A stretch of DNA of 64,000 nt from Thermoanaerobaculia bacterium. GTDB taxonomy: Bacteria; Acidobacteriota; Thermoanaerobaculia; UBA5066. Of this stretch, positions 9,568 through 20,698 are shown in pieces. The notes below the pieces were generated by a model. That model worked only from the letters and a program-made list of their open reading frames with translations. It was not told the DNA's origin and searched no databases. The position numbers and the translations under genes are program-made. Location: contig CAWFJJ010000029.1 of NCBI GenBank assembly GCA_963816185.1, positions 128,001 to 192,000 on the forward strand, given 5' to 3'. How positions within the stretch are numbered: position 1 is the stretch's first letter; each line of letters starts with the position of its first letter.

Positions 9568-10665
9568 GTGACGTTGGAAGCCGAGCCCAAAACGCGGGTG
9601 ACGCCGTACACGTATTCGGCCGGGCGGCTGCGCCTCCTCGACCAGCGTCGCCTCCCGCACGAGGAGATCTTCCTCGACTGCGAGAGCGCGGCTCAAACGG
9701 CCGAGGCCATCCGCGGCCTCGCGGTGAGGGGGGCCCCGCTGATCGGGGTGGCCGCTGCCTACGGGCTGTGCGCCGAGGCGCGCCGGGTGGCCGCGCGCGT
9801 GCCCGACGATCTCGACGTCGCGCTCGCGCTGGGTGCCGAGAGGCTCGTCTCGGCGCGACCCACCGCCGTGAACCTGACGTGGGCCGTCGGTCGGATGCGC
9901 GCCGTTTTCGAGTCCTCTTCGGGGGGGCGTGCCGACGAGAGGATCCTCCGTCTCGAGGAGGAGGCACACCGGATCGCGGAGGAGGACCGCCTCTCCTGTC
10001 TCGCGATCGGCCGTCTCGGGGCCGCGTGGCTCAAGACGCGCTGGGCGGGCCGCTCCGGCGTTCCGGCGGTCCTCACGCACTGCAACGCGGGCGCTCTCGC
10101 GACGGCCGGAATCGGAACCGCGCTCGGGATCGTGCGCGTGCTCGCGGCCGAGGCGCCGCTCGCGATCCTCGCGGACGAGACCCGACCGTTCCTCCAGGGC
10201 GCGCGCCTCACGGCGTGGGAGCTCAAGCATGATGGGCTCGACGTGACGCTCCTCCCGGACGTCGCGGCCGCCTCTCTGATCGCCCGTGGCCGCGTCCAGG
10301 GCGTCGTCGTGGGCGCCGATCGCATCGCAGCGAACGGCGACGTCGCGAACAAGGTCGGAACGTACGGCCTCGCGCTCGCATGCCGGGCGCACGGTGTCCC
10401 ATTCGTCGTCGCGGCCCCGACGACGACGATCGACCTTGCGACGCCGGACGGCGCGTCGATTCCGATCGAGGAACGCGCCGCCTCGGAAGTGGTCTCGCTG
10501 CCGCTTGCGGGCGGAGGCTTCGCGTCGCTCGCGCCGAACGGCGTCTCCGCCCTCTATCCCGCCTTCGACGTGACCCCCGCGGCCTTGGTCGACGCGATCG
10601 TCACGGAGCGCGGAATCTCCTCTCCGCCGCATTCGGACGCGCTCCGACGGCTCCTCTCGCGATGA
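9568..10665 (+). CDS. mtnA: S-methyl-5-thioribose-1-phosphate isomerase
   Basis: LLDQRRLP, VRGAPLIG, ARPTAVNL, THCNAGALAT, ETRPFLQGARLTAWEL, GADRIAANGDVANKVGTY. Confidence 0.93.
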   Translation: MTLEAEPKTRVTPYTYSAGRLRLLDQRRLPHEEIFLDCESAAQTAEAIRGLAVRGAPLIGVAAAYGLCAEARRVAARVPDDLDVALALGAERLVSARPTAVNLTWAVGRMRAVFESSSGGRADERILRLEEEAHRIAEEDRLSCLAIGRLGAAWLKTRWAGRSGVPAVLTHCNAGALATAGIGTALGIVRVLAAEAPLAILADETRPFLQGARLTAWELKHDGLDVTLLPDVAAASLIARGRVQGVVVGADRIAANGDVANKVGTYGLALACRAHGVPFVVAAPTTTIDLATPDGASIPIEERAASEVVSLPLAGGGFASLAPNGVSALYPAFDVTPAALVDAIVTERGISSPPHSDALRRLLSR

Positions 10666-11744
10666 AGCCGGACGAGGCGCTCGTCCTCGGCCTCGAAACG
10701 TCTTGCGACGAGACCGCGGTCGCGCTTCTCGACGGCGCGGGCAGGGCACGCGCCTCCCTGGTGTCGTCGCAGGAGGAGGCCCATCGCCGATTCGGCGGCG
10801 TCGTGCCCGAGATCGCGGCACGGGCTCATCTCGAGAACCTGCCACCGCTCCTCGACGCGGTGCTCGCCGCTGCCGGCGCGAGCCTCGCCGACGTGACGGC
10901 GGTCGCGGCGACGGCGGGTCCCGGTCTGGTCGGCGCGCTGCTCGTCGGCCTGTCGGAAGGAAAAGGCCTCGCGGTCGGGCTCTCCGTGCCTTTCGTTCCC
11001 GTGAACCACATCGAGGGGCACGCTCTCTCACCCTTCCTCGACGGCGCGGGAGGACCGGCAGCCGCGGTTCCGGAGACGTTCGCCGCGCTCGTGGTCTCGG
11101 GCGGCCACACGCACGTCTTCCGGTTCGAGGCGGAGGGGATCGAGCGCCTCGCGCGGACGCGTGACGACGCCGCCGGCGAGGCCTTCGACAAAGTCGCGAA
11201 GATGGCGGGCCTCGGCTATCCGGGGGGAGCCGCCGTGGACCGTCTCGCGCGGCGCGGCCGCGCGGCACGGCCCTTTCCCCTACCGCATTTCAAGGACGGC
11301 TCGAGAGATTTCAGCTTCTCGGGCCTGAAGACCGCCGCACGAGAGCGCCTCCTCGAGCTGGGCCGCGCCCCCGCGCCGGGACTCCCCGGAGGCCCTTCGC
11401 TCCGCGAGGAGGACGCGCCGCAGGAACTCTGCGATCTGATGGCCGACGTGGAAGAGGCGATCGTCGCGCAGCTTCTCCACCGCCTCTCCCGGCTTCACGA
11501 GGCCCGGCGATTCGAGCTCCTCACGGTATCGGGCGGCGTGGCGGCGAACACTCTCGTGAGGGAGCGCATCCCGGCCTGGGGACACTCGCGCGGCGTGGAC
11601 GTCCGGCTCGCCCCGCGGGCCCTGACCGGCGACAATGCCGTGATGATCGCGTTTGCGGGATTGCGGAAGCTCCGCGCGGGCCGCACGGGCGAGGGGCTCG
11701 GCGCGGTCGCACGGTCTCGCTGGCCGGTCGAAACGCTAAGATAG
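10662..11744 (+). CDS. tsaD: tRNA N6-threonylcarbamoyladenosine transferase subunit TsaD
   Basis: [60 protein letters not shown]. Confidence 0.95.
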   Translation: MKPDEALVLGLETSCDETAVALLDGAGRARASLVSSQEEAHRRFGGVVPEIAARAHLENLPPLLDAVLAAAGASLADVTAVAATAGPGLVGALLVGLSEGKGLAVGLSVPFVPVNHIEGHALSPFLDGAGGPAAAVPETFAALVVSGGHTHVFRFEAEGIERLARTRDDAAGEAFDKVAKMAGLGYPGGAAVDRLARRGRAARPFPLPHFKDGSRDFSFSGLKTAARERLLELGRAPAPGLPGGPSLREEDAPQELCDLMADVEEAIVAQLLHRLSRLHEARRFELLTVSGGVAANTLVRERIPAWGHSRGVDVRLAPRALTGDNAVMIAFAGLRKLRAGRTGEGLGAVARSRWPVETLR

Positions 11745-11805
11745 CTCTCTCGCGCGCAGCCGGCCGGCCGCGCGTCACCTTCATCGCCAATCATCACCAA
11801 GAGCC

Positions 11806-13605
11806 ATGACCGATCCCTCGCGTATCCGCAATTTCTCGATCGTCGCCCACATCGACCACGGGAAGACGACGCTTTCCGACCGGATCCTCGAGATCACGGG
11901 CGCGCTTTCCGCACGCGAAATGACCGAGCAGGTGCTCGACGACAACCCGATCGAAAAGGAGCGCGGCATCACGATCAAGGCGCGGTCGGTGACGCTGAAA
12001 TACAAGGCCGAGGACGGAACGGACTACGTCCTGAACCTCATCGACACGCCCGGGCACGTGGACTTCACGTACGAGGTCTCGCGCTCGCTCGCCGCGTGCG
12101 AGGCGGCCGTGCTCGTCGTGGACGCGACGCAGGGCGTCGAGGCGCAGACGCTCGCGAACGCGTACCTCGCGATCCACAACAACCTCACGATCGTCCCGTG
12201 CATCAACAAGGTCGACCTGCCGTCGGCCGTTCCCGAAATGGCGCGCGAGCAGATCGAGGAGATCATCGGAATTCCCGCGCGGCATGCCGTGCTGACGTCG
12301 GGCAAGGTCGGGACGGGCGTGCGCGACCTTCTCGAGGAGATCGTCCACCTGGTGCCGGCTCCGACGGGCGACCCGGACGCTCCGCTCAAGGCTCTGCTCT
12401 TCGATTCGTGGTTCGATCTCTACCGCGGCGTCACGTGCCTCATACGCGTGCGCGAGGGCCGGCTGAAGCCGGGGATGAAGATTCGGATGATGGGTACGGG
12501 TTTCGGAGGAGAGGTCCAGGAGGTCGGGATCTTCACGCCGAAGCCGCAGGTCGTCCCGGAGCTTTCCGTGGGCGAGGTCGGCTACGTCATCGCGGGCATC
12601 AAGGACCTCCACGCGGCGAAGATCGGGGACACCGTCACCGAGGCCGAGCGACCGACGGCCGAGGCCTTTCCCGGCTTCCTGGACGTCAAGCCGATGGTCT
12701 TCGCGTCGATCTTCCCGACGGAGACCGACGCGTACGAAGACCTGAGGGACGCGATGGAGAAGCTCCGCCTCAACGACGCGTCCTTCACGTTCGAGCCGGA
12801 GTCGTCGACGGCGCTCGGCTTCGGCTTTCGGTGCGGCTACCTCGGCCTTCTCCACATGGAGATCGTCCAGGAGCGCCTCGAGCGCGAGTTCAACCTCTCG
12901 CTCGTGACGACGGCGCCCTCGGTGCCTTACAAGGTCAAGACGACGCGCGGGGAGGAGCTCGAGATCTCGAATCCGGTCAAGCTCCCGGAGGTCCAGCTCA
13001 TCGACGAGATCCGCGAGCCGTACATCCTCGCGACGATCATCACGAAGGACGAATTCCTCGGCGGGATCCTGGCCCTGGCCGAGGACCGGCGCGGCACGCA
13101 GGTCTCGCTCGGATACGCCGGTACCCAGCGGGCCGTCGTCAAGTACGAGCTGCCCCTGAACGAGGTCATCCTCGACTTCTACGACAAGCTCAAGTCGCTC
13201 TCGAGGGGTTACGCCTCGTTCGACTACGAGCTCATCGACTACCGTCCCGGCGACCTCGTGAAGCTCGACGTCCTCATCAACGGCGAGCCGGTGGACGCGC
13301 TTGCGTTCATCGTGCACCGCCTCAAGGCGCCGGCGAAGGGACGCTCGCTCGTCGAGAAGATGAAGGAGATGATCCCGCAGCAGATGTTCGAGGTCGTCAT
13401 CCAGGCGGCGATCGGGTCGAAGATCCTCGCGCGCTCCACGGTGAAGGCGCTGCGCAAGAACGTCCTCGCGAAATGCTACGGCGGCGACATCACGCGCAAG
13501 AAGAAGCTCCTTGAGAAGCAGAAGGAAGGCAAGCGGCGCATGAAGAAAGTCGGCCGCGTCGAGCTGCCCCAGGAGGCCTTCCTCGCGGTCCTCAAGGTCG
13601 AATGA
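11806..13605 (+). CDS. lepA: translation elongation factor 4 (LepA)
   Basis: [66 protein letters not shown]. Confidence 0.98.
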   Translation: MTDPSRIRNFSIVAHIDHGKTTLSDRILEITGALSAREMTEQVLDDNPIEKERGITIKARSVTLKYKAEDGTDYVLNLIDTPGHVDFTYEVSRSLAACEAAVLVVDATQGVEAQTLANAYLAIHNNLTIVPCINKVDLPSAVPEMAREQIEEIIGIPARHAVLTSGKVGTGVRDLLEEIVHLVPAPTGDPDAPLKALLFDSWFDLYRGVTCLIRVREGRLKPGMKIRMMGTGFGGEVQEVGIFTPKPQVVPELSVGEVGYVIAGIKDLHAAKIGDTVTEAERPTAEAFPGFLDVKPMVFASIFPTETDAYEDLRDAMEKLRLNDASFTFEPESSTALGFGFRCGYLGLLHMEIVQERLEREFNLSLVTTAPSVPYKVKTTRGEELEISNPVKLPEVQLIDEIREPYILATIITKDEFLGGILALAEDRRGTQVSLGYAGTQRAVVKYELPLNEVILDFYDKLKSLSRGYASFDYELIDYRPGDLVKLDVLINGEPVDALAFIVHRLKAPAKGRSLVEKMKEMIPQQMFEVVIQAAIGSKILARSTVKALRKNVLAKCYGGDITRKKKLLEKQKEGKRRMKKVGRVELPQEAFLAVLKVE

Positions 13606-14285
13606 TGACGCCTCTCAGGCGTCTCGTGGAGACAGTCGAGGCCGTCCTCGTGGCCGCCGCGCTCGCTCTCACGTTCAAGGGCTTCGTCTTCCAGATCTTC
13701 CACGTGCCGAGCTCTTCGATGGAGGACACGGTCCTCACGGGCGACTACGTGCTCGTGAACAAGTTCGCGTACGGACCTCACCGGGGTCCGTGGGCCCGCC
13801 TTCTGCCGTACCGCGACCTCGCGCGCGGCGACGTGGTCGTCTTCCGGTACCCCCCCGATCCCGACCGCGATCTCATCAAGCGCGCCGTCGCGACGGCCGG
13901 GGATCGGATCGAAGCGGAGGCGAAAGCGGTGCGCGTGAACGGGGTGGAGCTCGTCGAGCCCTACGCCGTTCATCGCGATGCGACGAGTTACGGGTCGGGG
14001 GCGCCGCCGTCCCTCCTCCGGCGCGATCGTTTCGGGCCGCTTGCCGTTCAACCAGGACGCTTCTTCGCGATGGGCGACAATCGCGACGAGTCGCAGGATT
14101 CGCGCTTTTTCGGGCAGGTTCCCCTCGCGCACCTCGAGGGGCGCGCCGTCTCCGTCCTCTGGTCCGTCCGCAAGGGACCGCGCACGTTCACGGGCCGCGG
14201 AGCCGCGCTACGCCGTTTCCTCGATACCGCGCTAAACTTTTTGTCCCGGACACGTTGGGAGAGAAGTTTTCACGTCATTCGTTAG
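13602..14285 (+). CDS. lepB: signal peptidase I
   Basis: VPSSSMEDT (catalytic Ser), LIKR (Lys), [12 protein letters not shown]; follows lepA. Confidence 0.92.
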   Translation: MMTPLRRLVETVEAVLVAAALALTFKGFVFQIFHVPSSSMEDTVLTGDYVLVNKFAYGPHRGPWARLLPYRDLARGDVVVFRYPPDPDRDLIKRAVATAGDRIEAEAKAVRVNGVELVEPYAVHRDATSYGSGAPPSLLRRDRFGPLAVQPGRFFAMGDNRDESQDSRFFGQVPLAHLEGRAVSVLWSVRKGPRTFTGRGAALRRFLDTALNFLSRTRWERSFHVIR

Positions 14286-14319
14286 GGCGCGGCCCCGGCC
14301 GTGCAAGAAGGAGAACACG

Positions 14320-14688
14320 ATGCGGCGAGCCAGGGGGGGATTCCGGCGAGGAGAGGGGGCCTTCGGGCTCATCGTGGGGCTGGCCGTCTTGTTTGTCGTC
14401 GTCGTCGCGTGTGTGCGCATCCTCCCTCTTCACATCCACGGGAACGAGGTCCTCGACGCGATGAACGAGGCGGCCAACTTCGGCGGCCTGAAAGGTGCCG
14501 ACAAGCTGAAGATGGATATCTACCTGAAGGCGCAGGACGCGAGGGTGCCGTTGAAGATGGATGCCATCCGCATCGACCGCAACGGTTCGTACATCACGAT
14601 CTCGGCCCAATACGAGCAAACGGCGGACATCTTCGGCTACCGGTACGTCTACAAGTTCGACAAGAAGGTGGAGAAGCCGGTCTTTTAG
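14320..14688 (+). CDS. DUF4845-like protein with pilin-like N-terminal hydrophobic helix
   Basis: Basic leader + G + hydrophobic segment; position after lepB matches the known lepA-lepB-DUF4845 order; AAGGAG RBS. Confidence 0.6.
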   Translation: MRRARGGFRRGEGAFGLIVGLAVLFVVVVACVRILPLHIHGNEVLDAMNEAANFGGLKGADKLKMDIYLKAQDARVPLKMDAIRIDRNGSYITISAQYEQTADIFGYRYVYKFDKKVEKPVF

Positions 14689-14697
14689 TCTTGCCTC

Positions 14698-15105
14698 ATG
14701 GCGCCGCGAGCCGATGAGAACCCGCCGCCGCTCACCGAGGTCCGGCTGGACGTGTGGCTCGACGTCGCGTGCCTTTTTCCGACGCGGTCCCAGGCCGCGT
14801 CCGCGTGCGCGGGGGGTAAGGTGGACCTGAACGGGCACGCCGGGGCTGCGCACAAGAGGGTCCGGGCCGGGGACCGCCTCGCGATCACGTTTGCGCGCGG
14901 CAAACGCACCTTCATCGTGACGGGGCTTCTCGAAAAGCACGTGAGGAAATCCGACGCGCGTGCTCTCTACGAGGAGACGACGCCCCCTCTTGCGCCCGAG
15001 GTCCTCGAGGCCCGGCGGCTCGAGCGGCTCCTCGCGCCCCGTGGCGGCGGCTCTCGACCGACGAAGAAGGAGCGGCGTCAGCGCGAGAGGGCGCGCGGGT
15101 GGTGA
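14698..15105 (+). CDS. hslR: ribosome-associated heat shock protein Hsp15 (S4 domain)
   Basis: VRLDVWLDVACLFPTRSQA...GKVDLNG, LYEE, RPTKKERR. Confidence 0.85.
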   Translation: MAPRADENPPPLTEVRLDVWLDVACLFPTRSQAASACAGGKVDLNGHAGAAHKRVRAGDRLAITFARGKRTFIVTGLLEKHVRKSDARALYEETTPPLAPEVLEARRLERLLAPRGGGSRPTKKERRQRERARGW

Positions 15106-16085
15106 GGCGCCTTCTACGCCCCAGGCTCTACGAGCTCCTCCTCCTCGCCGACCTCGCGCTCCTCGTTCTTCTCCTTCGGTGGAAAGCGCATTTCGCGCTG
15201 GATGTCGTCGGGACGCTCCTCGACATGCGCGGGTTTCCCGTGTGGGCGGGCCTGTTCGTTGTCGGCGGCGTTCTGCTTCGGGCGCTGCTCGCCTCGCGGC
15301 GAGGGTGGCGGCGCGGGATCGCCCGGCTGCGGGCGCTCCTGAAACCGCGATCCCTCGCCGATCTCATCCGTTTCCTCCTTTTCATGACGCTCGCGTCCTA
15401 CGTTTACAGCTGGCTCAAGGTGACACTTCCCCTGCTTCGGCCCGATGTCCTCTACGACGAGGGCCTGTTCCGCATCGAGACCGCGCTCCACCTCGGCGTG
15501 AACCCCGGGCGTCTCCTGCAGGGTCTCTTCCCGTATCCGACGCTTTGGAAGGCGCTCGATGCGTACTACGGGGCCTTCATCTTCACGGTGCTCGCGGGCG
15601 CCGGCTGGTTCACGGCGACGCTCTCGATACGGGACCGAGCGCGTTTCGCGGCCGGTTTCTCCCTCCTGTGGGTGCTCGGCTCGTGGGCCTACTTCGCGGT
15701 TCCCTCTCTTGGACCGTGCTACGTCCTCAAGGACGACTACAGGGACGTGCGCGCCGCGATGCCGACCCAGTCGGCGGTGATGGATGTCTTGTTCGCGCAC
15801 TATGGCCGGGTCCGCATGCTCCGTAGCCGGCCGGAGGGAACGAACCCCTCTCCTTACCTAGGCGTGGCCGCGATGCCGTCCCTGCACATCGCGGCGCAGG
15901 CGTTTTTCATGCTCTTCGCACGCCGGCGCTCGAGGACGCTCTTCCTTCTCTACGCCGTCCTGACGGCGATCACGTTCTTCACCGCGGTCGTGAGCGGCTG
16001 GCACTACGCGATCGACGGCTATGCGGCCCTCCTCCTCGCCTGGGTCGCATTCGCAGCTGGAAGCCGGAGCATCCCTTCCGCGTAA
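15099..16085 (+). CDS. PAP2_3 / AUR1 (IPC-synthase-like) membrane phosphatase or phosphotransferase
   Basis: Multiple TM helices; P.LGP, AAMPSLH, HYAIDG motifs. Confidence 0.8.
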   Translation: MVRRLLRPRLYELLLLADLALLVLLLRWKAHFALDVVGTLLDMRGFPVWAGLFVVGGVLLRALLASRRGWRRGIARLRALLKPRSLADLIRFLLFMTLASYVYSWLKVTLPLLRPDVLYDEGLFRIETALHLGVNPGRLLQGLFPYPTLWKALDAYYGAFIFTVLAGAGWFTATLSIRDRARFAAGFSLLWVLGSWAYFAVPSLGPCYVLKDDYRDVRAAMPTQSAVMDVLFAHYGRVRMLRSRPEGTNPSPYLGVAAMPSLHIAAQAFFMLFARRRSRTLFLLYAVLTAITFFTAVVSGWHYAIDGYAALLLAWVAFAAGSRSIPSA

Positions 16086-16095
16086 CATGCCGCCG

Positions 16096-17286
16096 ATGCG
16101 GGTGCTTCTCTTCACCGGCAAAGGCGGCGTCGGCAAGACGACGGTCGCCGCGGCGACGGGCCTCATGCTCGCGGCCCGCGGTCAGAAGACGCTCGTCATG
16201 TCCGTGGACGCGGCGCATTCCCTCGCGGACGCGTTCGACCGCGACGTCGCGCTCACGGACCACGCCCACGGCACGGCCGTCGCGGTCGGCGACAACCTGT
16301 GGATCCAGGAAGTCGACGTCACCGAGGAGATCGGCCGCCATTGGAAGGACATCGCGGGCTACATCACGGGGCTCCTCGCCGTCACGGGCGTCGAGGAGGT
16401 CCTCGCCGAGGAGCTCGCGATCTTTCCGGGCATGGAGGAGGTTTCGGCGCTCCTCTACGTAAACCAGTACGCGCGCGAGAAAGCCTTCGACGTCCTGATC
16501 CTCGACTGCGCGCCGACCGGCGAGTCTCTGAGGTTCGTGTCCCTTCCGCCGACGCTCGACTGGTACATGGCGAAGCTGTTTCGGATCCAGCGCAACATCC
16601 TGAGAGTCGCGCGGCCCGTCGCGCGGAAGGTCGCGGATGTGCCCCTGCCGCCGGACCGCTACTTCGACAACGTACAAGCGCTCGCGCAGAAGCTCGAAGG
16701 CGTCGACGCCCTCCTCAAGGATCCCAAGACGACGACCGTGCGGCTCGTGACGAACGCCGAGAAGATCGTCATGAGGGAGACGCAGAGGGCCTTCATGTAT
16801 TTCGGACTCTACGGCTTTACGGTCGACGCCGTGGTCGTGAACCGGCTTCTGCCGGACGGCGTCCAGGACCCCTTCTTCTCGAAATGGCGGAGAACCCAGG
16901 GCATGTTCCTCGAGGAAGCGCGGAGCTATTTCGACCCCGTCCCGGTCTTCACGCTGCCGCTCAGGGACGATCAGGTCCTCGGCGCGGTGGCTCTCCTCGA
17001 GCTCGGACGGGAGCTGTGGGGCGAGAAGGATCCCGCCGCCTCCTTCCGCTCGGATCCTCCGTATCGATACTCGAAGCGAAACGGAAAATACGTTCTCACG
17101 CTCGACCTTCCGTTCGTCGACCGGCGCGAAGTCGACCTTGCGATGGCGTCGGGAGACCTCGTCGTGCGCATCGGCAACGTGCGCCATCACATTCCCGTCC
17201 CCCGGATGCTCGCGGGCCTGTCGCCGTCCGGCGCGAAAGTCGAGGACGGCAAGCTCACGGTGCGTTTCGCGCGCGCGGAACAGTAG
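16096..17286 (+). CDS. ArsA/GET3-family ATPase with C-terminal alpha-crystallin (HSP20-like) domain
   Basis: FTGKGGVGKTT, SVDAAHSLAD, PGMEE, DCAPTG, VVVNR; C-terminal beta-sandwich (LVVRIGNVRHHIPVP...AKVEDGKLTVRF). Confidence 0.88.
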   Translation: MRVLLFTGKGGVGKTTVAAATGLMLAARGQKTLVMSVDAAHSLADAFDRDVALTDHAHGTAVAVGDNLWIQEVDVTEEIGRHWKDIAGYITGLLAVTGVEEVLAEELAIFPGMEEVSALLYVNQYAREKAFDVLILDCAPTGESLRFVSLPPTLDWYMAKLFRIQRNILRVARPVARKVADVPLPPDRYFDNVQALAQKLEGVDALLKDPKTTTVRLVTNAEKIVMRETQRAFMYFGLYGFTVDAVVVNRLLPDGVQDPFFSKWRRTQGMFLEEARSYFDPVPVFTLPLRDDQVLGAVALLELGRELWGEKDPAASFRSDPPYRYSKRNGKYVLTLDLPFVDRREVDLAMASGDLVVRIGNVRHHIPVPRMLAGLSPSGAKVEDGKLTVRFARAEQ

Positions 17287-17343
17287 ACCGAGGAACGGAA
17301 GAGGGATCCGAAGATTTCTGCCTAGAAAGGGACGAGGCGCCGC

Positions 17344-17769
17344 ATGCGCAGAAGAAGCAGCGATCCCACGAGGGCGAGCGGTACGCGCCGCGTCCGGAAG
17401 GTTCCGCCGTCGGGCGCGGGCGCGTCCGGGTCATCCACCTTCGAAGAAAACTTCGGACCCGGCCTGAAGGAAGAGTCGTCGGCTCGAGACGCTGGCTCGC
17501 ACCGGCGTCCTCCCCGGCCCGGGCCGTTCCCCGGCCTCGCGTGCGCGGGCGAAAACTGTCTCCTCAAGCCCGCCGCCGACCTGCTTGAAAAGTTCGCGCT
17601 CGGCCTTGGCAGGCGCGGCCACGGCGTGTCGCTATCCCGCGCTGCGCTCTCGGGCATCGGGTTCATGAAGGCGCTCCGCGACTTTCTCGACGAGGAGATC
17701 GCGCTCGCCGAGCGGGCCGCCGCCGGCGGCGGAGCACGCCCGCGCTACGAGAAGATCGAGGTCGAGTGA
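17344..17769 (+). CDS. hypothetical protein, probable partner of the ArsA-ACD ATPase (C-terminal KIEVE)
   Basis: Amphipathic helices and a terminal RYEKIEVE; start uncertain. Confidence 0.55.
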   Translation: MRRRSSDPTRASGTRRVRKVPPSGAGASGSSTFEENFGPGLKEESSARDAGSHRRPPRPGPFPGLACAGENCLLKPAADLLEKFALGLGRRGHGVSLSRAALSGIGFMKALRDFLDEEIALAERAAAGGGARPRYEKIEVE

Positions 17770-18179
17770 TGCGGGCTCACCCGGCGCGCCTTCTCTCGTG
17801 CCTTTCGGCTGCGACCCTCGCCCTCTTTCTCTCGGCGTGTCCTTCCAAGGACGACATGACCGGGCCGAACGGGCTGGCGAGCCCGACCCCGACGCCGGCG
17901 AATACTCCCGTGACGACGCCACCGCCGTTCGGAACTCCTCCCGGCACGACGCCGACCCCGACCGCCGTCTTCACCGGAACGCCGCCCACCCGGACTCCGA
18001 CACTCGGCCTCGGGTCGACCCCCGCGACGTTCACGCCCACGGCGGCGCCCCCGACGCCGACGCCCGGGGCGGGAACGCCGACCGTCACGCCCGTCCCGCC
18101 GAGCCCGACGGCGACGCCCTTCGCGGGCACGCCCACGCCGACTCCGTTCGGTGGTGTCCCGACGCCGACACCCACCTGA
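17769..18179 (+). CDS. Pro/Thr-rich lipoprotein
   Basis: Lipobox LSAC after a hydrophobic signal; mature chain almost all PT/TP repeats; start overlaps the upstream stop. Confidence 0.7.
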   Translation: MRAHPARLLSCLSAATLALFLSACPSKDDMTGPNGLASPTPTPANTPVTTPPPFGTPPGTTPTPTAVFTGTPPTRTPTLGLGSTPATFTPTAAPPTPTPGAGTPTVTPVPPSPTATPFAGTPTPTPFGGVPTPTPT

Positions 18180-18190
18180 AATGCCCGGAC

Positions 18191-18913
18191 TCAGAGCGCG
18201 GCGGCGATCTCGGCCACGATTGCGCGCGCGGCCGCAGCAGGATCCGACGCGCCGGTGATCGGGCGGCCGACGACCAGGAGGTCCGCGCCGGCGCGGATCG
18301 CGTCGGTGGGCGTGGCGACGCGCCGCTGATCGCCCGCGGCCCCGCCCCGGGGCCTGACACCCGGCACGACGAGGAGAAAGCCTCCTCCACACGCGGCGCG
18401 GATCGTCTCGATCTCCTCAGGCGAACAGACGACGCCGTCCAAACCCGCTTCCTTCGCGAGGAGCGCGAGGCGCCGCGCGGCCTCGCGCGGCGTCCCCTCG
18501 AGGCCGACGGCCCGAACGGCCGCCGCGTCCAGAGACGTCAAGATCGTCACGGCGACGAGCTTCGGCGCCGGACGGCCCGCCTTCGCGGCGGCGGCGCGGG
18601 CCCCTTCGCCGAACGCCCTCATCATCTCCGTGCCACCCGAGGCGTGACAATTCACGATCGAGGCGCCCGTCCCGACCGCGGCGGCCGCCGCCCGAGAGAC
18701 CGTGTTCGGAATGTCGTGGAGCTTGAGGTCGAGGAATACGCGCGCCTCCGACTCCGCGAGCGTGCGGACGAGCGCGGGGCCTTCGGCCACGAAGGCCTCG
18801 AGGCCCAGCTTCAGGATCCCGGCTTCGGGCGCGACACGGCGCGCCATGGCGAGCAGCGCCGCGCGGTCCGGCAGGTCCAGCGCGACGGCGAGGCGTGCGC
18901 GGGCGTCCGTCAT
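18191..18913 (-). CDS. pyrF: orotidine-5'-phosphate decarboxylase
   Basis: [44 protein letters not shown]. Confidence 0.95.
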   Translation of the reverse strand: MTDARARLAVALDLPDRAALLAMARRVAPEAGILKLGLEAFVAEGPALVRTLAESEARVFLDLKLHDIPNTVSRAAAAAVGTGASIVNCHASGGTEMMRAFGEGARAAAAKAGRPAPKLVAVTILTSLDAAAVRAVGLEGTPREAARRLALLAKEAGLDGVVCSPEEIETIRAACGGGFLLVVPGVRPRGGAAGDQRRVATPTDAIRAGADLLVVGRPITGASDPAAAARAIVAEIAAAL

Positions 18914-19854
18914 GCGAACGAGTGGTCCGGTCTCGGGCGCGTCCGGAGCGTGCCGACGAGGTCGGAGACACGGGTCACGCCGTGGCTCTCGCACCAACCA
19001 GCGAGCTCCCCGACGAGCCGGCCCGCAAGCGAGGGGTCCCGGAAGTTCGCGGTGCCGATCTGGACGGCGTTCGCGCCCGCGACCAGGAACTCGACGACGT
19101 TCTCGACGGTCTCGATCCCGCCCATGCCGAAGATCGGGATCTTCGGAAGCGCCGTCCTGACTTCCCACACCATCCTGAGCGCGATCGGGCGGATCGCGGG
19201 CCCCGAGAGCCCGCCGGTCGTGAAGCCGATCTTCGGCTCGCGGCGCGTGAGGTCGATCGCGAGGCCCACGATCGTGTTGATGAGCGAAAGCGCATCGGCG
19301 CCTGCATCCACGGCCGCCCGGGCGGACGCGACGACGTCGGTCACGTTCGGCGAGAGCTTCACGATGAGCGGATGCCGCGTGGCGGAACGGATTCTCTTCA
19401 CGAGGGCTGCGAGCGCCTCGGGATTGTTCCCGAAGATCATGCCGCCCCGGATGACGTTCGGACAGGAGACGTTCACCTCGATCGCGGCCACCCGTCGCTC
19501 GTTGCCGATGCGCTCCACGACCGCGACGTAATCCTCTTCGGTGTCGCCCCACACGTTCGCGATCACGGTCGCGCCGAGGCGTGCGAGCTCGGGCAGCTTC
19601 TCTTTGAGAAACGCGTCGACGCCCACGTTCTGAAGCCCGATCGCGTTCAGCATCCCCGCGTCCGTCTCGCAGATGCGCGGCGGCGGATTGCCCCGGCACT
19701 CCCTCAGCGAGAGGCCCTTCACCGAGATCGCGCCGAGGGAGGCGAGGTCGAGATAGTCGGTGAACTCGAGGCCGTAGCCGAACGTGCCGGACGCCGTCGC
19801 GATCGGATTCTTGAGGCGAAGCCGGCCGAACGCCGTGGAAAGGTCGACGCTCAT
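18910..19854 (-). CDS. pyrD: dihydroorotate dehydrogenase B (class 1B), catalytic subunit
   Basis: [59 protein letters not shown]. Confidence 0.95.
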   Translation of the reverse strand: MSVDLSTAFGRLRLKNPIATASGTFGYGLEFTDYLDLASLGAISVKGLSLRECRGNPPPRICETDAGMLNAIGLQNVGVDAFLKEKLPELARLGATVIANVWGDTEEDYVAVVERIGNERRVAAIEVNVSCPNVIRGGMIFGNNPEALAALVKRIRSATRHPLIVKLSPNVTDVVASARAAVDAGADALSLINTIVGLAIDLTRREPKIGFTTGGLSGPAIRPIALRMVWEVRTALPKIPIFGMGGIETVENVVEFLVAGANAVQIGTANFRDPSLAGRLVGELAGWCESHGVTRVSDLVGTLRTRPRPDHSFA

Positions 19855-19858
19855 GGCG

Positions 19859-20665
19859 TCAGAGGCGCTCCCAGTCGATCGCCGTCGGCGACACGCAGGG
19901 TCCTTCCTTGCAGATCGTCGCGAAACGGCCGTCCGTCATCGGGACGACGCAACCGAGGCAGACGCCGAACCCGCATGCCATCTCGGACTCCATCGCGAAC
20001 GACGCTTCGAGGTTCGCGTCCGCGACGAGCGTGGCGAGCGCGCGGAACATGGGCAAGGGTCCGCAGGCATAGACCCTGCGGTAGCGCACGCCGCCCCGGA
20101 GCGCATGAGCGAGCAGCTCGGTCACGCGGCCTTTCCTTCCGAGCGAGCCGTCGTCCGTGGCGTATCGGCAGCGGTGCGGACCGAGGAAGCGTTCGAAGTC
20201 TCCGCGCTTCAGGACGTCTTTCTCGTTTTGGCCCCCGTAGAAGAGATCCGCCCCGATGCCGCGTGCGGCGAGCGTTCGGGCGAGGAGGACGAGAGGAGCG
20301 AGGCCGATTCCACCGGCGACGAGCGCAACACGGTCAGAATGGAGCAGGTCGTCGATCGGGAACGGCACACCCAAGGGACCGAGGACGGGAAGCGGAGTCC
20401 CCTCGGCGAAGCGCCCGAGCGCCGTCGTTCCGACCCCCGCGATCTTGACGACGAACTCCAGCGCGGGAACGCCCGTCAGCGTCGTCACGTCCGCAATGGA
20501 GAACGCGCGGCGGAGGTACGGACGGAGCCCCTCGCCGGCCTGGATCATGGCGAAGTGGCCCGGCTTCGTTCGGGCGCCGATCGTGCCGGCCGAGAGAAAA
20601 AGGGAATAGTGCTGTTCGTCGTAGCGGAGCGTCTTGAGGACGCGGAGCGATTCGTTGACGGCCAT
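19859..20665 (-). CDS. pyrK: dihydroorotate dehydrogenase electron transfer subunit
   Basis: LRRAFSI, GPLG, AGGIGLAP, TDDGSLG, ACGP, MACGFGVCLGC...ICKEGP (2Fe-2S). Confidence 0.93.
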   Translation of the reverse strand: MAVNESLRVLKTLRYDEQHYSLFLSAGTIGARTKPGHFAMIQAGEGLRPYLRRAFSIADVTTLTGVPALEFVVKIAGVGTTALGRFAEGTPLPVLGPLGVPFPIDDLLHSDRVALVAGGIGLAPLVLLARTLAARGIGADLFYGGQNEKDVLKRGDFERFLGPHRCRYATDDGSLGRKGRVTELLAHALRGGVRYRRVYACGPLPMFRALATLVADANLEASFAMESEMACGFGVCLGCVVPMTDGRFATICKEGPCVSPTAIDWERL

Positions 20666-20698
20666 CAGGAAGGAGGCGAGACTCGCCGGGCGCGGATT

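Noticed and set aside
16096-17286. Arsenite-efflux ArsA
   Set aside because: Single NTPase domain with an alpha-crystallin tail and no arsB/acr3/arsR/arsD nearby
17870-18176. Repetitive ccgacgccg DNA as a CRISPR or tandem-repeat array
   Set aside because: Repeats are irregular Pro/Thr codons with no constant repeat-spacer period
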